Below, piece by piece: positions 16,591 to 25,975 of a stretch of 63,417 nucleotides of DNA. The notes below the pieces were generated by a model. That model made no database searches. It had not been told where the DNA came from and saw nothing but the letters and a program-made list of their open reading frames with translations. This DNA comes from Deltaproteobacteria bacterium (lineage in GTDB: Bacteria > CG2-30-53-67). Location: NCBI GenBank assembly GCA_013151235.1, contig JAADIO010000011.1, positions 1 through 63,417 of the forward strand, in the 5' to 3' direction. The stretch's first letter is position 1. Every line of letters starts with the position of its first letter. The position numbers were made by a program, and so were the translations under genes.

Positions 16591-18381
16591 ATGACCGACA
16601 AATCAGAGAACATTCGCTGGAACCTGACGAGACTCTACGCCTCACCGACCGACCCCGCCATTGATCGCGATATGGAAGAAGCGAAAAAGGGGGTCCGCTC
16701 TTTCCGGGAGAGCTACCACGGCAAAATCGCCGCCGAGGGATTTACCTCGCAGGAACTGCTCGACTCGGTACAACAGATCGAGGCGATCCAGGAACAGGCA
16801 CTGAAACCCTACGGGTACGCCCAGCTCCTCTTCGCCGCCGACACGGAGACCGCCGTTCATAAAGAGCTGGTCCAGAAGTGCCGGGAGTTCTTCGCCGCCC
16901 TCAGAAACGAGATTCTCTTTTTCGAACTGGAGATCATCGCCATCCCCAATGACCGCTTCGAAAAATTGGTGGGGGGTGATCTCCTGTCGGAATACCGGCA
17001 CTACCTCCGCCATCTCCGGATTTTCAAGCCCTACACCCTTTCCGAGAAGGAAGAGCAAGTGATCAACCTGAAGGACGTCACCGGCAAGGAGGCCTTCTCG
17101 CAGCTCTTTGAGGAGTTGACTGCCTCCTTCCGCTACCGCCTGAACCTCGAAGGAGAAGAGCGGGAGTACACCGGCGAGGAGCTTCTGTCCATGCTCCACC
17201 GTCCCGAGGCCGAACTTCGGGAGCAGGCCTTTACCGCCTTTCTCGAACGGCACGGGGAAAACAGCCTGGTTCTCTCGTCGGTCTTCAATAACATCTTCCT
17301 CGATCACGGCGGGGAGTGCAATCTCCGGGGTTACGACTCCCCCATCACGGCCACGCACCTCACAAATGAGTTGAGTGACGAGACCATCGAATCGATGATG
17401 TCGGTCACTGAAGAGAATTACCCCCTGGCCCGGGAATATTTCCGTCTGAAGGCCGAACTGTTGGGAATAAAAAAACTGAAAAACTGCGATGTCTATGCGC
17501 CGGTGGCCGAGGTCAACCGGAACTATACCTTTCCCGAAGCCCGGGAGATGGTCCTTGCGGCCTTTGAGACCTTCGATCCTCAGATGAAACGGATCGCCAA
17601 GGGATTTTTCGACGAGGCCCGCATCGATTCCGCCATACGCCCGGGGAAGACGGGCGGCGCCTTCTGCGCCGGGCTGACCCCGACGCTCCCCCCCTATGTC
17701 CTGCTGAACTTTACCGGGAATCTCCGGGACGTGGCGACCCTGGCCCACGAATTAGGACACGGGATCCATTTCACCCTCGCCGGGAGACAGCGGCTGATGA
17801 ATTACGACGCCGTTCTCCCCATGGCCGAGACGGCCTCCGTCTTCGGTGAGATGCTCCTGACGAAACGGCTCCTCTCACAGGAAAAAGACCCGGCGGTCCG
17901 AACGGCCATTCTCTGTGCGAGGATCGAGGACATTATCGCCACCACCTTCCGCCAGAATGTCCTCACCCGTTTCGAACAGAAGACCCACGACAAACGGAGC
18001 GAGAAGCTCCTCAGTCCCGAGGAATTCTGCGATTTCTGGTGGGAGGAAAACGGCCGTCTCTTCGGCGATACCGTGGAGATGATCCCCGCCTACCGATGGG
18101 GATGGAGCTACATCAGCCACTTCATCCACGCCCGTTTCTACTGCTATAGCTACGTCTTCGGCGAACTGCTCGTCCTCTCCCTCTACAGAAAATACCAGGA
18201 AGAGGGAACGGCCTTCGTCCCCCGCTATCTCGACCTCCTCGCCTCCGGAGGCTCCGACAGCCCGCCGAACCTGCTGGCAAAAATCGGGATCGATGTGAAC
18301 GACCGGGCCTTCTGGAAGATGGGTTACGATCTCGTCCGGGACCTGCTGGAGGAATTAAAAACAACCCTCCGGGACCGGTAG
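16591..18381 (+). CDS. pepF: Oligoendopeptidase F (M3B family)
   Basis: WNLTRLY, GKTGGAFC, TLAHELGHGIH, AETASVFGE, HFIHARFYCYSY. Confidence 0.9.
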   Translation: MTDKSENIRWNLTRLYASPTDPAIDRDMEEAKKGVRSFRESYHGKIAAEGFTSQELLDSVQQIEAIQEQALKPYGYAQLLFAADTETAVHKELVQKCREFFAALRNEILFFELEIIAIPNDRFEKLVGGDLLSEYRHYLRHLRIFKPYTLSEKEEQVINLKDVTGKEAFSQLFEELTASFRYRLNLEGEEREYTGEELLSMLHRPEAELREQAFTAFLERHGENSLVLSSVFNNIFLDHGGECNLRGYDSPITATHLTNELSDETIESMMSVTEENYPLAREYFRLKAELLGIKKLKNCDVYAPVAEVNRNYTFPEAREMVLAAFETFDPQMKRIAKGFFDEARIDSAIRPGKTGGAFCAGLTPTLPPYVLLNFTGNLRDVATLAHELGHGIHFTLAGRQRLMNYDAVLPMAETASVFGEMLLTKRLLSQEKDPAVRTAILCARIEDIIATTFRQNVLTRFEQKTHDKRSEKLLSPEEFCDFWWEENGRLFGDTVEMIPAYRWGWSYISHFIHARFYCYSYVFGELLVLSLYRKYQEEGTAFVPRYLDLLASGGSDSPPNLLAKIGIDVNDRAFWKMGYDLVRDLLEELKTTLRDR

Positions 18382-18412
18382 AGGAGACCGAACCGGCCCA
18401 CCGGGAGATGCC

Positions 18413-18919
18413 ATGTCGCGGCTTTTAATCGACGGCTACAACCTGCTCCATACCTCCCCCTCCGGTACGCAGAAACGAGAGGAAACGGAGGTCCTGCTGG
18501 AAAAACTCCGCCGCTACAAACGGTACCGAGGGCACCGTATCACCGTGGTCTTCGACGGCTACGAGGGGGGGATGCCGCTGGAAGGGAAAGAACGAATCAA
18601 GGGAATCACCGTCATCTACTCGAAGTTGGGGGAGAAGGCCGACCAGGTCATTATGCGGATCGCCCGGGAATGGGGCGGCTCCTGCGTGGTGGTCACCTCC
18701 GACCGGGAGGTCGCCGATGACGTGGAACGCTCCGGCGCCGCGGTGATCGGCTCTCCCGATTTCATGGAGCGACTGGAGATGGTGGAATATCTTACCCTGA
18801 AGGGAGGAGCGGAGGCAGAGGAACAAGAGGGGGGAAGACTCAATACGCGAAAGAAGGGAAATCCCCGCCGCCGGTCGAAGCGGGAGCGGGCGAAGGCACG
18901 CAGGCTGAAAAAACTATGA
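18413..18919 (+). CDS. NYN-domain (YacP/Rae1-like) ribonuclease
   Basis: LLIDGYNL, VVFDG, KADQVI, VVTSDREV; basic C-terminal tail. Confidence 0.85.
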   Translation: MSRLLIDGYNLLHTSPSGTQKREETEVLLEKLRRYKRYRGHRITVVFDGYEGGMPLEGKERIKGITVIYSKLGEKADQVIMRIAREWGGSCVVVTSDREVADDVERSGAAVIGSPDFMERLEMVEYLTLKGGAEAEEQEGGRLNTRKKGNPRRRSKRERAKARRLKKL

Positions 18920-19911
18920 CATCGGCAGACCCCCGCAAGGAAGGAGAAAAAAGTACCGTGCCGCAGGAGATAACCTTCCGTATCCCTCCGGAGGGGAAGG
19001 GACAGCGAATCGACCTCTTCCTCTCTCGATTCGAGCCAACGGCGGAACTCTCCCGCTCCCGGATCCAGGAACTGATCGGAAGCGGGCATATCCTCGTAAA
19101 CGGGTCCCCCGTGAAGAGCCATGCAAGACTCGCGGGCGGCGAGACCATCCACGTTACCTTGCCGGAACCCCGGCCCCTTGATCTCCTTCCCGAAGCGATC
19201 CCCCTCGAGATCCTGTATGAAGACGCCGACCTGATCGTCCTGGACAAACCGGCAGGAATGGTCGTCCACCCCGCACCCGGAAACCCCTGCGGAACCCTGG
19301 TCAACGCCCTGCTCCATCACTGCAGCGATCTCTCCGGAATCGGGGGCGTGGAACGGCCGGGGATTGTCCATCGTCTCGACCGAGAAACCTCGGGAATTAT
19401 GGTGGTTGCCAAAAACGATCCGACCCACCGGAATCTTTCGGCCCAGCTCAAGAACCGGCAGGTGAAGAAGATCTATCTCGCTATCGTCCGGGGGAATGTC
19501 CGGAGTGACTCCGGGAAGATTGAGGAACCGATCGGCCGCCACGACCATCACCGGAAGAAGATGACCGTTCATCCATCGCATGGACGAACGGCGCTGACCC
19601 TCTACCGGGTGGAGAAACGTTTCGACGGATTCACCCTCCTTTCGCTCCGTCTTAAAACCGGCCGGACCCACCAGATCCGGGTCCACCTCTCCCATCTCCA
19701 CTATCCCATCGTCGGTGATTCCGTTTACGGCGGGAAAAATGCCGGAAGAGTCCGCATGGGGAACCTGGAGATCGCCGTCTCCCGGCAGATGCTTCATGCC
19801 CATATACTCGGGTTTACCCACCCCACGACGGGAGAATACCGGGAATTCGCCGCACCAATCCCGCCGGACATGGAGGAGATTCTTCTCTTTCTCCGGCAGG
19901 GAACGATTTGA
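18916..19911 (+). CDS. rluD: 23S rRNA pseudouridine synthase, RluA family
   Basis: S4 domain, KPAGMVVHP, GIVHRLDRETSG, TGRTHQIRVH, QMLHA. Confidence 0.9.
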   Translation: MTSADPRKEGEKSTVPQEITFRIPPEGKGQRIDLFLSRFEPTAELSRSRIQELIGSGHILVNGSPVKSHARLAGGETIHVTLPEPRPLDLLPEAIPLEILYEDADLIVLDKPAGMVVHPAPGNPCGTLVNALLHHCSDLSGIGGVERPGIVHRLDRETSGIMVVAKNDPTHRNLSAQLKNRQVKKIYLAIVRGNVRSDSGKIEEPIGRHDHHRKKMTVHPSHGRTALTLYRVEKRFDGFTLLSLRLKTGRTHQIRVHLSHLHYPIVGDSVYGGKNAGRVRMGNLEIAVSRQMLHAHILGFTHPTTGEYREFAAPIPPDMEEILLFLRQGTI

Positions 19912-19977
19912 CCTTGACACCTCCCCCGCTCCTATTATATATTTCATCAAAATTTTTTTCGTGAAGGAGCAGGACAG

Positions 19978-20424
19978 ATGAATGTGATTTTAAGAGAAAA
20001 TGTGGACAACCTTGGCAAGATCGGCGATATGGTCAAGGTAAAACCCGGTTATGCCAGGAATTATCTGATTCCATCCAAAAAGGCCATTGAAGCCACGGTC
20101 CGGAACGTCAAACAGTTGGAACACCAGAAAAAAATGGTACAGGACCGGGTTTACAAAAACCTCAAGGACGCCGAAGTGGTCGCAAAACGGATTGAGGCGC
20201 TCTCTGTGACCCTCTCGCAGCGGGTGGGCGAAAACGACCGTCTCTTCGGCTCGGTCACCTCGATGAATATCGCCGCCGCCCTGCAGGAAGAAGGGCTTGA
20301 GATCGACAAGAGGCAGATTCAGTTAGAGGAACAGATCAAACAGCTGGGTGTTTACACGGTCCCCATTAAACTGCATTCCGAGGTCACCGCCAATCTGAAA
20401 GTCTGGGTTGTGGAAGAGAAGTGA
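19978..20424 (+). CDS. rplI: 50S ribosomal protein L9
   Basis: VKVKPGYARNYLIP, RLFGSVT, IKQLGVY. Confidence 0.97.
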   Translation: MNVILRENVDNLGKIGDMVKVKPGYARNYLIPSKKAIEATVRNVKQLEHQKKMVQDRVYKNLKDAEVVAKRIEALSVTLSQRVGENDRLFGSVTSMNIAAALQEEGLEIDKRQIQLEEQIKQLGVYTVPIKLHSEVTANLKVWVVEEK

Positions 20425-20625
20425 TCTGAAACACCTTCGTCACCGGCAATCAATATTTCTTGACAAAGCGCTTTCTTTCCGGATTGCGCTGAATAAGATC
20501 TAAGTGGTCCTGTCCGTAAATGCTGTGACGCACCGAGAGGGTTGCAGGACAGTCTCATCAAGGCGTGCGACTGAGGCGTACCCCCTGTGCTACGGTGCAG
20601 GGAGCACAACTGTGAGGGAAAAGGT

Positions 20626-23271
20626 ATGCTCCCGTCCGGCAAAATCCTTGAAAAAGTCCCCCCCCAGAACATCGAGGCGGAACAGGCCATCCTGGGGGCT
20701 ATTCTGCTTCAGAACTCCTCGCTGAACAAGGCGATGGAGGTCATCCGGGACGACGATTTCTACAAAACCGCCCATCGGAAGATCTTTGCCGCCATGGTGG
20801 AGATGAGTAAGGCCGGTGAGGCGATCGACCTGGTGACTCTGCGGGACTATCTTCTTCGCACGGAGCACATTGATGCCGTCGGCGGGGCGGCCTACCTGGG
20901 ACAGCTCACCGATGTCGTCCCGACCGCAGCGAACGTTCTCCACTATATCCGGATCGTCAAGGAAAAGTCCCTCTCCCGAAAACTGATCAGTACCGCGACG
21001 GAAATCGTTCAGGAAGGATTCAAGGAAGAACTGTCCGTGGAAGAACTCCTCGAGATGGCGGAAAAGAGGATCTTTGAGATCACCGGGGAGAAGGTCCGCC
21101 AGGGGTTTGTCGACATCCGAACGATCGTCAATGACAGTTTTGAAGTCATCGAAAAGCTCTACGCCAAGAAGGAACTCGTCACCGGCGTCCCCACCGGATT
21201 CACCGATCTCGACACCAAAACATCAGGCTTTCAACCTTCCGATCTCATTATTGTGGCGGGCCGACCTTCCATGGGAAAGACCGCCTTGTGCCTGAACATC
21301 GCCCAGCACGTGGGAATCAAAAAGAAACAGCCCGTGGCCATTTTTTCTCTGGAAATGTCCAAAGAGCAGCTCGTGATTCGCATGCTCTGCGCCGAAGCCC
21401 GGGTGGATGCCCACCGGCTCCGGACGGGGCAGCTCGGCAAGACCGACTGGCCGAAACTGACCACCGCAGCGGGGGAACTCTCGGAGGCCCCGATCTATAT
21501 CGACGACACCCCGGCCATCTCCGTTCTTGAAATGCGGGCCAAAAGCCGCAGGCTCATGCTCGAACACGGCCTGTCGATGATCATGGTCGATTATCTTCAG
21601 TTGATGCGCGGGCAGGCCGGCGCCGAACGCAGGGAACAGGAAATCTCCGAAATCTCCCGTTCTCTGAAGGCGCTGGCCAAGGAACTGAACGTTCCGGTCA
21701 TCGCGTTGTCCCAGTTGAACCGGAGCGTGGAATCCCGTACGGATAAGCGTCCCATGCTCGCAGATCTCAGAGAGTGCGTCACGGGGGATACGCTCGTACT
21801 CCTGAAGAACGGCGAACGAGTACCCATCCGGGAACTTGTCGGAACCCGCCCGGAGGTCATCACCATGGATGAAGAGGGGCATTTCCGGTCGGCACAAAGC
21901 GAAATCGTCTGGAAGGTCGGCGTCCGCAAGGTCTATGCCCTTCATCTCTCGAGCGGCCGAACTATCCGGGTCACGGCAGACCACCGTCTTTTAGGGGTGG
22001 ACGGATGGAAACGGACGGCGGAATTGAATGTGGGTGACCGGTTGGCGATGGCCCACCGTCTACCTGTCCCTCCGGTCACGGAACATTGGCCCGATAACCA
22101 TGTCATCCTCCTGGGACAGCTCATCGGTGATGGAAGCTATCTGAAGGGGCAGCCGATCCGATACACCACAAACTCCGAAGAGAACAGCCGCACTGTCGAA
22201 GGGGCTGCTGCCGAGGCATTCGGGATGACAGTCCGTCGCTATCCGGGAAAGGGATCCCGGCATCAACTGCTCCTCTCCGGCAATGGAAACCGTTGGCATC
22301 CCGGCGGCGTAAACAAGTGGTTGCACGAATTAGGGGTCTTTAATCAACGCTCACATGAAAAAAGGATTCCCCGCAAAGTGTTTCGTCTCGGCAACCGCCA
22401 ACTGGCTCTCCTGCTGAGCCATATGTGGGCAACAGATGGGACGATCTACACCCGGAAACCGGGACAGCGGGGGGGAAATGCCATTCATTACAGCACGAAC
22501 AGTCCGGATCTTGCCGCAGATGTTGCAGCTCTTCTTCTGCGGCTCGGCATCGTCGCACGGATCCAGAAGGTTCAAAAAGGGAACTATCGGCCCACCTACA
22601 TGGTACAGATTACCGGAGTTGAAGCCCAGAAGGCTTTTCTCTCTCTTGTGGAACCGGTCGGTCCTCGCAAGGTTCAGGCGGAAAGACTCCGGAAGGTTCT
22701 GGAGGAAGTCCGGCCCAACCCGAACGTAGACACCCTGCCGAATGAACTCTTCGGACGGGTCAGGAGACTCATGAAAGAACAGGGCATTTCCCAGCGCACC
22801 ATGGCAAAGATGCGGGGCACTTCTTACGGAGGCGCCTCTCATTTCAGGTTCGCACCCTCCCGTTCCACCTTGTCCGACTATGCCGAGATTCTCGATGATG
22901 ACCTCTTACGGAACCACTGTACCAATGACCTTTTTTGGGACCGCATCGCCTCGATCCGGCCGGAAAGGGAAGAGGAGGTCTACGATTTGACTGTGCCGAA
23001 GTATTCAACATGGCTGGCGGACGGGATCGTGAGTCATAACTCGGGCGCCATCGAGCAGGACGCGGACGTCATTCTCTTCGTTTACCGCGAAGAGGCCTAC
23101 AAAGAATCGGAGGAGAACCGGGGCAAGGCGGAAATCATCATCGGAAAACAGCGAAACGGCCCTACCGGAATGGTTCCTCTTCATTTCGAAAAGAGATACA
23201 CGCTCTTCCAGAACTTCAGCCCCCGTGACCAGGAAAGTGTCTATGCCGATTCAGCGCCCTACCACAGCTAA
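20626..23271 (+). CDS. dnaB: Replicative DNA helicase DnaB containing an intein
   Basis: PPQNIEAEQAILG, AGRPSMGKT, FSLEM, VDYLQL, LSQLNR, DLRE..SGAIEQDAD, KQRNGPTG; start placed at ATG 20626. Confidence 0.96.
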   Translation: MLPSGKILEKVPPQNIEAEQAILGAILLQNSSLNKAMEVIRDDDFYKTAHRKIFAAMVEMSKAGEAIDLVTLRDYLLRTEHIDAVGGAAYLGQLTDVVPTAANVLHYIRIVKEKSLSRKLISTATEIVQEGFKEELSVEELLEMAEKRIFEITGEKVRQGFVDIRTIVNDSFEVIEKLYAKKELVTGVPTGFTDLDTKTSGFQPSDLIIVAGRPSMGKTALCLNIAQHVGIKKKQPVAIFSLEMSKEQLVIRMLCAEARVDAHRLRTGQLGKTDWPKLTTAAGELSEAPIYIDDTPAISVLEMRAKSRRLMLEHGLSMIMVDYLQLMRGQAGAERREQEISEISRSLKALAKELNVPVIALSQLNRSVESRTDKRPMLADLRECVTGDTLVLLKNGERVPIRELVGTRPEVITMDEEGHFRSAQSEIVWKVGVRKVYALHLSSGRTIRVTADHRLLGVDGWKRTAELNVGDRLAMAHRLPVPPVTEHWPDNHVILLGQLIGDGSYLKGQPIRYTTNSEENSRTVEGAAAEAFGMTVRRYPGKGSRHQLLLSGNGNRWHPGGVNKWLHELGVFNQRSHEKRIPRKVFRLGNRQLALLLSHMWATDGTIYTRKPGQRGGNAIHYSTNSPDLAADVAALLLRLGIVARIQKVQKGNYRPTYMVQITGVEAQKAFLSLVEPVGPRKVQAERLRKVLEEVRPNPNVDTLPNELFGRVRRLMKEQGISQRTMAKMRGTSYGGASHFRFAPSRSTLSDYAEILDDDLLRNHCTNDLFWDRIASIRPEREEEVYDLTVPKYSTWLADGIVSHNSGAIEQDADVILFVYREEAYKESEENRGKAEIIIGKQRNGPTGMVPLHFEKRYTLFQNFSPRDQESVYADSAPYHS
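21775..23040 (+). mobile_element. 422-aa intein with LAGLIDADG homing endonuclease
   Basis: Begins CVTGDT (block A), TADHR (block B), LLGQLIGDG and LSHMWATDG LAGLIDADG-like motifs, VYDLTV (block F), ends SHN followed by Ser; removal restores DLRE|SGAIEQDAD. Confidence 0.95.
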
Positions 23272-24385
23272 GATCAACCTCCAGGCCCTCCGCCGGAATC
23301 TGCAGACGGTACGAAATCGGATCGGCGAAACCAGGGAGATCTTTGCCGTCGTCAAGGCCAATGCCTACGGTCACGGAGCGATGGAGGTCGGACGAGTTCT
23401 GCAGTCGGAGGGAATCAGCCACTTCGGTGTGGCGACCTTGGAAGAGGGAACGGAACTCCGCCGGAACGGGATTACAGGCTCGATCACGATCTTAGGGGGA
23501 CTCCTTCCCGATCAGTTCGAGGGCCTGTTTGAATATGACCTGACCCCGGCCGTCTATAACATGGAATGGGCCGAACGCCTCTCCCGGAAGGCCGTCCGGC
23601 ACCGCAAGACAATTCCGGTACAGATCAAGGTGGACACCGGCATGGGGCGTCTCGGGTTTTCCGCCGGGGAGGCCCCGGAACGGATCGCCGCCATCACCGA
23701 CCTCCCCGGTCTGAAGATCATGGGGGTCTTCTCCCATTTTGCCTTTGCCGACCTGGACAATCCGGAATGCGTACAGGCGCAATCCGCAGCCCTTTCCCGG
23801 ATACAGAAAACGGTGGGGGAGAAGGGCATCTCCATCCCCTTCTGGCACCTCTCAAACAGCGGCGCCGTTCTGGCCTTTCCGTCCGCCCTGTTCAACATGG
23901 TCCGACCGGGAATCATGCTCTACGGAATCGCTCCTTCGGAAGACTTCTCTCTGCAAGAACCCCTTGCCCCGGTCCTCTCCTGGGAGACCCGGATCATCCA
24001 TCTCAAGGAGGTCCCGGCCGGGACTCCCCTGAGCTACGGTCACACCTTCGTCACCGGACGACCGAGCCGGATCGCCACACTCCCGGTCGGATATGCCGAC
24101 GGCTACCCCCGCCGCCTTTCCAACCGGGCACAGGTTCTTCTCCACGGCCACCGGGCCCCCGTGGTCGGCCGGGTCACCATGGACATGACCCTAATCGATG
24201 TAACCGGAATTCACGAAACAGCGCTGGGGGACCGTGTGACCCTCCTCGGAAAAGACGGTGGAGAGGAAATCACGGCCTGGGAGCTCGCCCGATGGAACGA
24301 CTCCATTGCCTATGAGATTCTCTGCGGTATCCGGCGCCGGGTCCCGCGTATCTATCATGATCCGTCGCCGGACCGTCCGGTCTGA
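23243..24385 (+). CDS. alr: Alanine racemase
   Basis: AVVKANAYGHG PLP-lysine motif, KVDTGMGRLG, VRPGIMLYG, GYADG, GRVTMD, YEILC. Confidence 0.95.
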   Translation: MPIQRPTTAKINLQALRRNLQTVRNRIGETREIFAVVKANAYGHGAMEVGRVLQSEGISHFGVATLEEGTELRRNGITGSITILGGLLPDQFEGLFEYDLTPAVYNMEWAERLSRKAVRHRKTIPVQIKVDTGMGRLGFSAGEAPERIAAITDLPGLKIMGVFSHFAFADLDNPECVQAQSAALSRIQKTVGEKGISIPFWHLSNSGAVLAFPSALFNMVRPGIMLYGIAPSEDFSLQEPLAPVLSWETRIIHLKEVPAGTPLSYGHTFVTGRPSRIATLPVGYADGYPRRLSNRAQVLLHGHRAPVVGRVTMDMTLIDVTGIHETALGDRVTLLGKDGGEEITAWELARWNDSIAYEILCGIRRRVPRIYHDPSPDRPV

Positions 24386-24396
24386 AGGAGTTTTTC

Positions 24397-25167
24397 GTGC
24401 TGCATCTGCTTGAAATGCTGGGTCAACTGATCATGAGCTTTTTGGAAGAGACGGGGAAGGTTTTCCTCCTCTTCGGTCAGGCCCTGCGGTGGAGCCTTCG
24501 CCGCCCCCTTTACGCCCGGCTTATCATCCGGCAGATGTTGGAAGTGGGCGTTAATTCCATCCCGGTCGTTTTGATCACGGCCACCTTTACCGGGATGGTC
24601 CTGGCCCTGCAGACCCACACCGGCTTCCAGCGATTCAACGCGGAAAGCCTCGTGGGCACGGTCGTCGCCCTCTCCATGACCCGGGAATTAGGACCGGTGT
24701 TGACGGGGCTGATCGTTGCCGGACGGGCCGGTTCCGCCATGGCCGCGGAGCTGGGAACCATGCGGGTGACGGAACAAATCGACGCCCTCTACACCCTGGC
24801 GACGAACCCGGTCAAATACCTCGTGGTCCCCCGTCTCATCGCGGGAATCCTCATGCTGCCGGTGATGACCGTGCTGTCCGACATCGTCGGGATCTACGGC
24901 GGCTTCTTTGTCAGCGTCCGGGTTCTGGATGCCAACCGGACCATCTATCTGCGACGGACCTGGGACTTCCTGCAATTCAGCGACATCTACAGCGGTCTCG
25001 TCAAAGCAGCCTTCTTCGGTCTGGTCATTTCACTGATCGGATGTTATAAGGGATTTTACACCCGCGGCGGCGCAGAGGGGGTCGGACGGGCCACCACCGG
25101 TTCCGTGGTGATCTCCTCCATGGTGATCTTGATTTCCGACTACATCCTGACGGCCGTTCTCTTTTAA
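24397..25167 (+). CDS. mlaE: Mla/MCE ABC transporter permease
   Basis: RELGPVLTG, GRAGSAMAAELGTMRVTEQIDAL, GGAEGVGRATT. Confidence 0.93.
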   Translation: MLHLLEMLGQLIMSFLEETGKVFLLFGQALRWSLRRPLYARLIIRQMLEVGVNSIPVVLITATFTGMVLALQTHTGFQRFNAESLVGTVVALSMTRELGPVLTGLIVAGRAGSAMAAELGTMRVTEQIDALYTLATNPVKYLVVPRLIAGILMLPVMTVLSDIVGIYGGFFVSVRVLDANRTIYLRRTWDFLQFSDIYSGLVKAAFFGLVISLIGCYKGFYTRGGAEGVGRATTGSVVISSMVILISDYILTAVLF

Positions 25168-25195
25168 GGCCGAGGAAAAGGGACAGCGCGAACAA

Positions 25196-25975
25196 ATGAT
25201 CAAAATCGTCGATCTCTATAAATCTTTTCAGGCAAAACCGGTCCTGCAGGGTGTGAATCTCGACATCCGGGACGGCGAGAGCATGGTGATCATCGGCGGG
25301 AGCGGTACGGGAAAGAGCGTTCTCATCAAGCATATCATCGGGATTCTGCGTCCCGACAGCGGTCGGATCTATGTTACGGGAGACGAGGTCACCCTGATGA
25401 ACGAGCAGGAGCTGAACGACATGCGAAAAAAGTTCGGGATGCTCTTCCAGGGCGCCGCCCTCTTCGATTCGCTCAGTGTCTGGGAAAATGTCGGATTCGG
25501 ACTTAAGCAACATTCCGCACTATCGAATGATGAAATCTTTGAAATCGCCACGGAAAAGCTTGCCATGGTCGGGCTCTACGGGGTGGAGGAACTCCGTCCG
25601 TCGGAACTTTCCGGGGGGATGCAAAAAAGGGTCGGCCTGGCCCGCGCCATCGCCATGGAACCGGAGATCCTTCTCTACGACGAACCGACGACCGGACTCG
25701 ATCCGATTAACGCCGACATGATCAACAACCTGATCATCGAGATGCGGGAGAAATTAAAGGTCACCTCCGTGGCGATTACCCACGACATGGTCAGCGCCTA
25801 CAAGATCGCCGACCGGATCGCCATGATTCACCAGGGGAAAATTATTGAAGTGGGAACGCCCGAAGAGATCCGGACCACCGACAACCCCTACGTTCGTCAA
25901 TTCATTTCGGGCAACGCCGAGGGACCCATTACGGAAGATCTGGAAAAAGCACTGATGGAGAGGAGCGGCAAATGA
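25196..25975 (+). CDS. mlaF: Mla/MCE ABC transporter ATPase
   Basis: GGSGTGKS, LFQGAALFDS, LSGGM, YDEPTTGLDP, ITHD. Confidence 0.92.
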   Translation: MIKIVDLYKSFQAKPVLQGVNLDIRDGESMVIIGGSGTGKSVLIKHIIGILRPDSGRIYVTGDEVTLMNEQELNDMRKKFGMLFQGAALFDSLSVWENVGFGLKQHSALSNDEIFEIATEKLAMVGLYGVEELRPSELSGGMQKRVGLARAIAMEPEILLYDEPTTGLDPINADMINNLIIEMREKLKVTSVAITHDMVSAYKIADRIAMIHQGKIIEVGTPEEIRTTDNPYVRQFISGNAEGPITEDLEKALMERSGK

